A stretch of 64,000 nucleotides of DNA from Nageia nagi (taxonomy: Eukaryota; Plantae; Pinophyta). Position 1 is the stretch's first letter. Every line of letters starts with the position of its first letter. The stretch is taken from NCBI GenBank assembly GCA_050084985.1, contig JBITNC010000001.1, positions 20,212,001 through 20,276,000 on the forward strand. Reading direction: 5' to 3'. Positions 63,101 through 64,000 of the stretch are shown here, piece by piece. Both the position numbers and the translations under genes were made by a program. The notes under the pieces are model-generated. The model was not told where the DNA came from and searched no databases. It worked only from the letters and a program-made list of their open reading frames with translations.

Positions 63101-64000
63101 AATGTTTTTAAAATAAAACCAAAAGCACACTTTTGAGGTTTTAGTCTATGCTTGTACTTTTTAAGAATTTGAAACACCTATTCAAGGACCTCCAAATGAT
63201 CTTGGCATTACTTTGATTTAACCAAAATATCATCAACATAAATCTCTACTAATTTTTGAATATGCTCGTGGAACATAGACACTAGAGCTCTTTGATAAGT
63301 ACCACCTACATGTTTTAATCCAAAGGGCATAACCTTCCAACAAAAATTTCCCCAAGGTGTAGTAAAAGCAGTCTTATGTTGATCATCCGAATTGATTACA
63401 ATTTGATTATATCCCAAAAATCCATCCATAAAAGATAGAGTATCATGACCAATAATACTATCCACAATCATATCAATATTTGGCAATGGAAAATCATCTT
63501 TTGGACAAGCATTACTGATATCATGAAAATTAGTACAAACTCTTATCTCTCTAGTAGGTTTTGTAATAGGAACAATGTTAACCATCCATTTTGAATAATC
63601 AATTGGTTTAATGAATCTAGCATTCAAATATTTTTCAATTTCTTTCTTTTTGAACAATGCCTTAGAAGGATGCATATTTCTTGGTTTTTATTTACTTGGT
63701 TTAGCTCCTTCCTTAAGTGGTAAATTATGCATAATAAAAGAGGGATCTAAACTAGGCATATCAACATAAGATCATGCAAAATTCTTATGATTTTAAATAA
63801 ATTTATTTTTGTACCTTTCTTGCTAAGGTGTTGGAAGAGCAACTCTAACTTTGACCAACATTTCCTAATCACTTATCCCAATTTTGACATCTGCTAGCTC
63901 CTCATCTAGGAATGCTAATTCATCCTTTTGCTGCAATAATGATCGTAACTCCTCCAATCCCTAAATATCACTTGTATCATCATGTTCTTGTTGAACCTGA
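60146..64000 (-). mobile_element. Tat/Ogre-type gypsy (RT, RH, aRH, internally deleted INT, 3'UTR), running off the window end
   Basis: RT ACPKDDFPLPNID...SFMDGFLGYNQI...FTTPWGNFCWKVMPFGLK...EIYVDDILVKS (63208-63675), collinear with 9400-13340. The integrase core is deleted at ~61330 (HKFIITIT joined to NLELPSMRISL). Confidence 0.93.

Noticed and set aside
480-63675. Remaining 60-155 aa ORFs as host genes
   Set aside because: They are either fragments of the TE polyproteins listed above or low-complexity AT-rich frames with non-ATG starts.

Overview
Plant nuclear DNA. It is very AT-rich and CpG-depleted, with nested old retrotransposons; a large gymnosperm-like genome is my inference. The only intact host gene is an intronless-CDS PHT1 phosphate:H+ symporter (27465-29132, minus strand). 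It has a probable spliced 5' leader and a promoter with twin P1BS, a CTTC/MYCS motif and W-boxes. Most of the rest is decayed TE sequence: three Tat/Ogre-type gypsy copies (two with visible aRH-bearing pol), a gag-only element with an antisense plant mobile domain (PMD), a 14.2-kb gypsy with TSD, a partial sister copy of it, and CACTA, copia and CRM-like remnants. The most notable observation is an old inverted, head-to-head duplicate of the PHT1 promoter plus 5' leader at about 36245-38040 that lacks the transporter CDS. It keeps one P1BS, remains CpG-rich and contains a 177-codon ORF that is broken in the PHT1-side copy. At its distal end it abuts an apparent minus-strand exon/intron that could produce RNA antisense to the PHT1 leader. 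All alignments and counts were done by eye, and no database searches were run.
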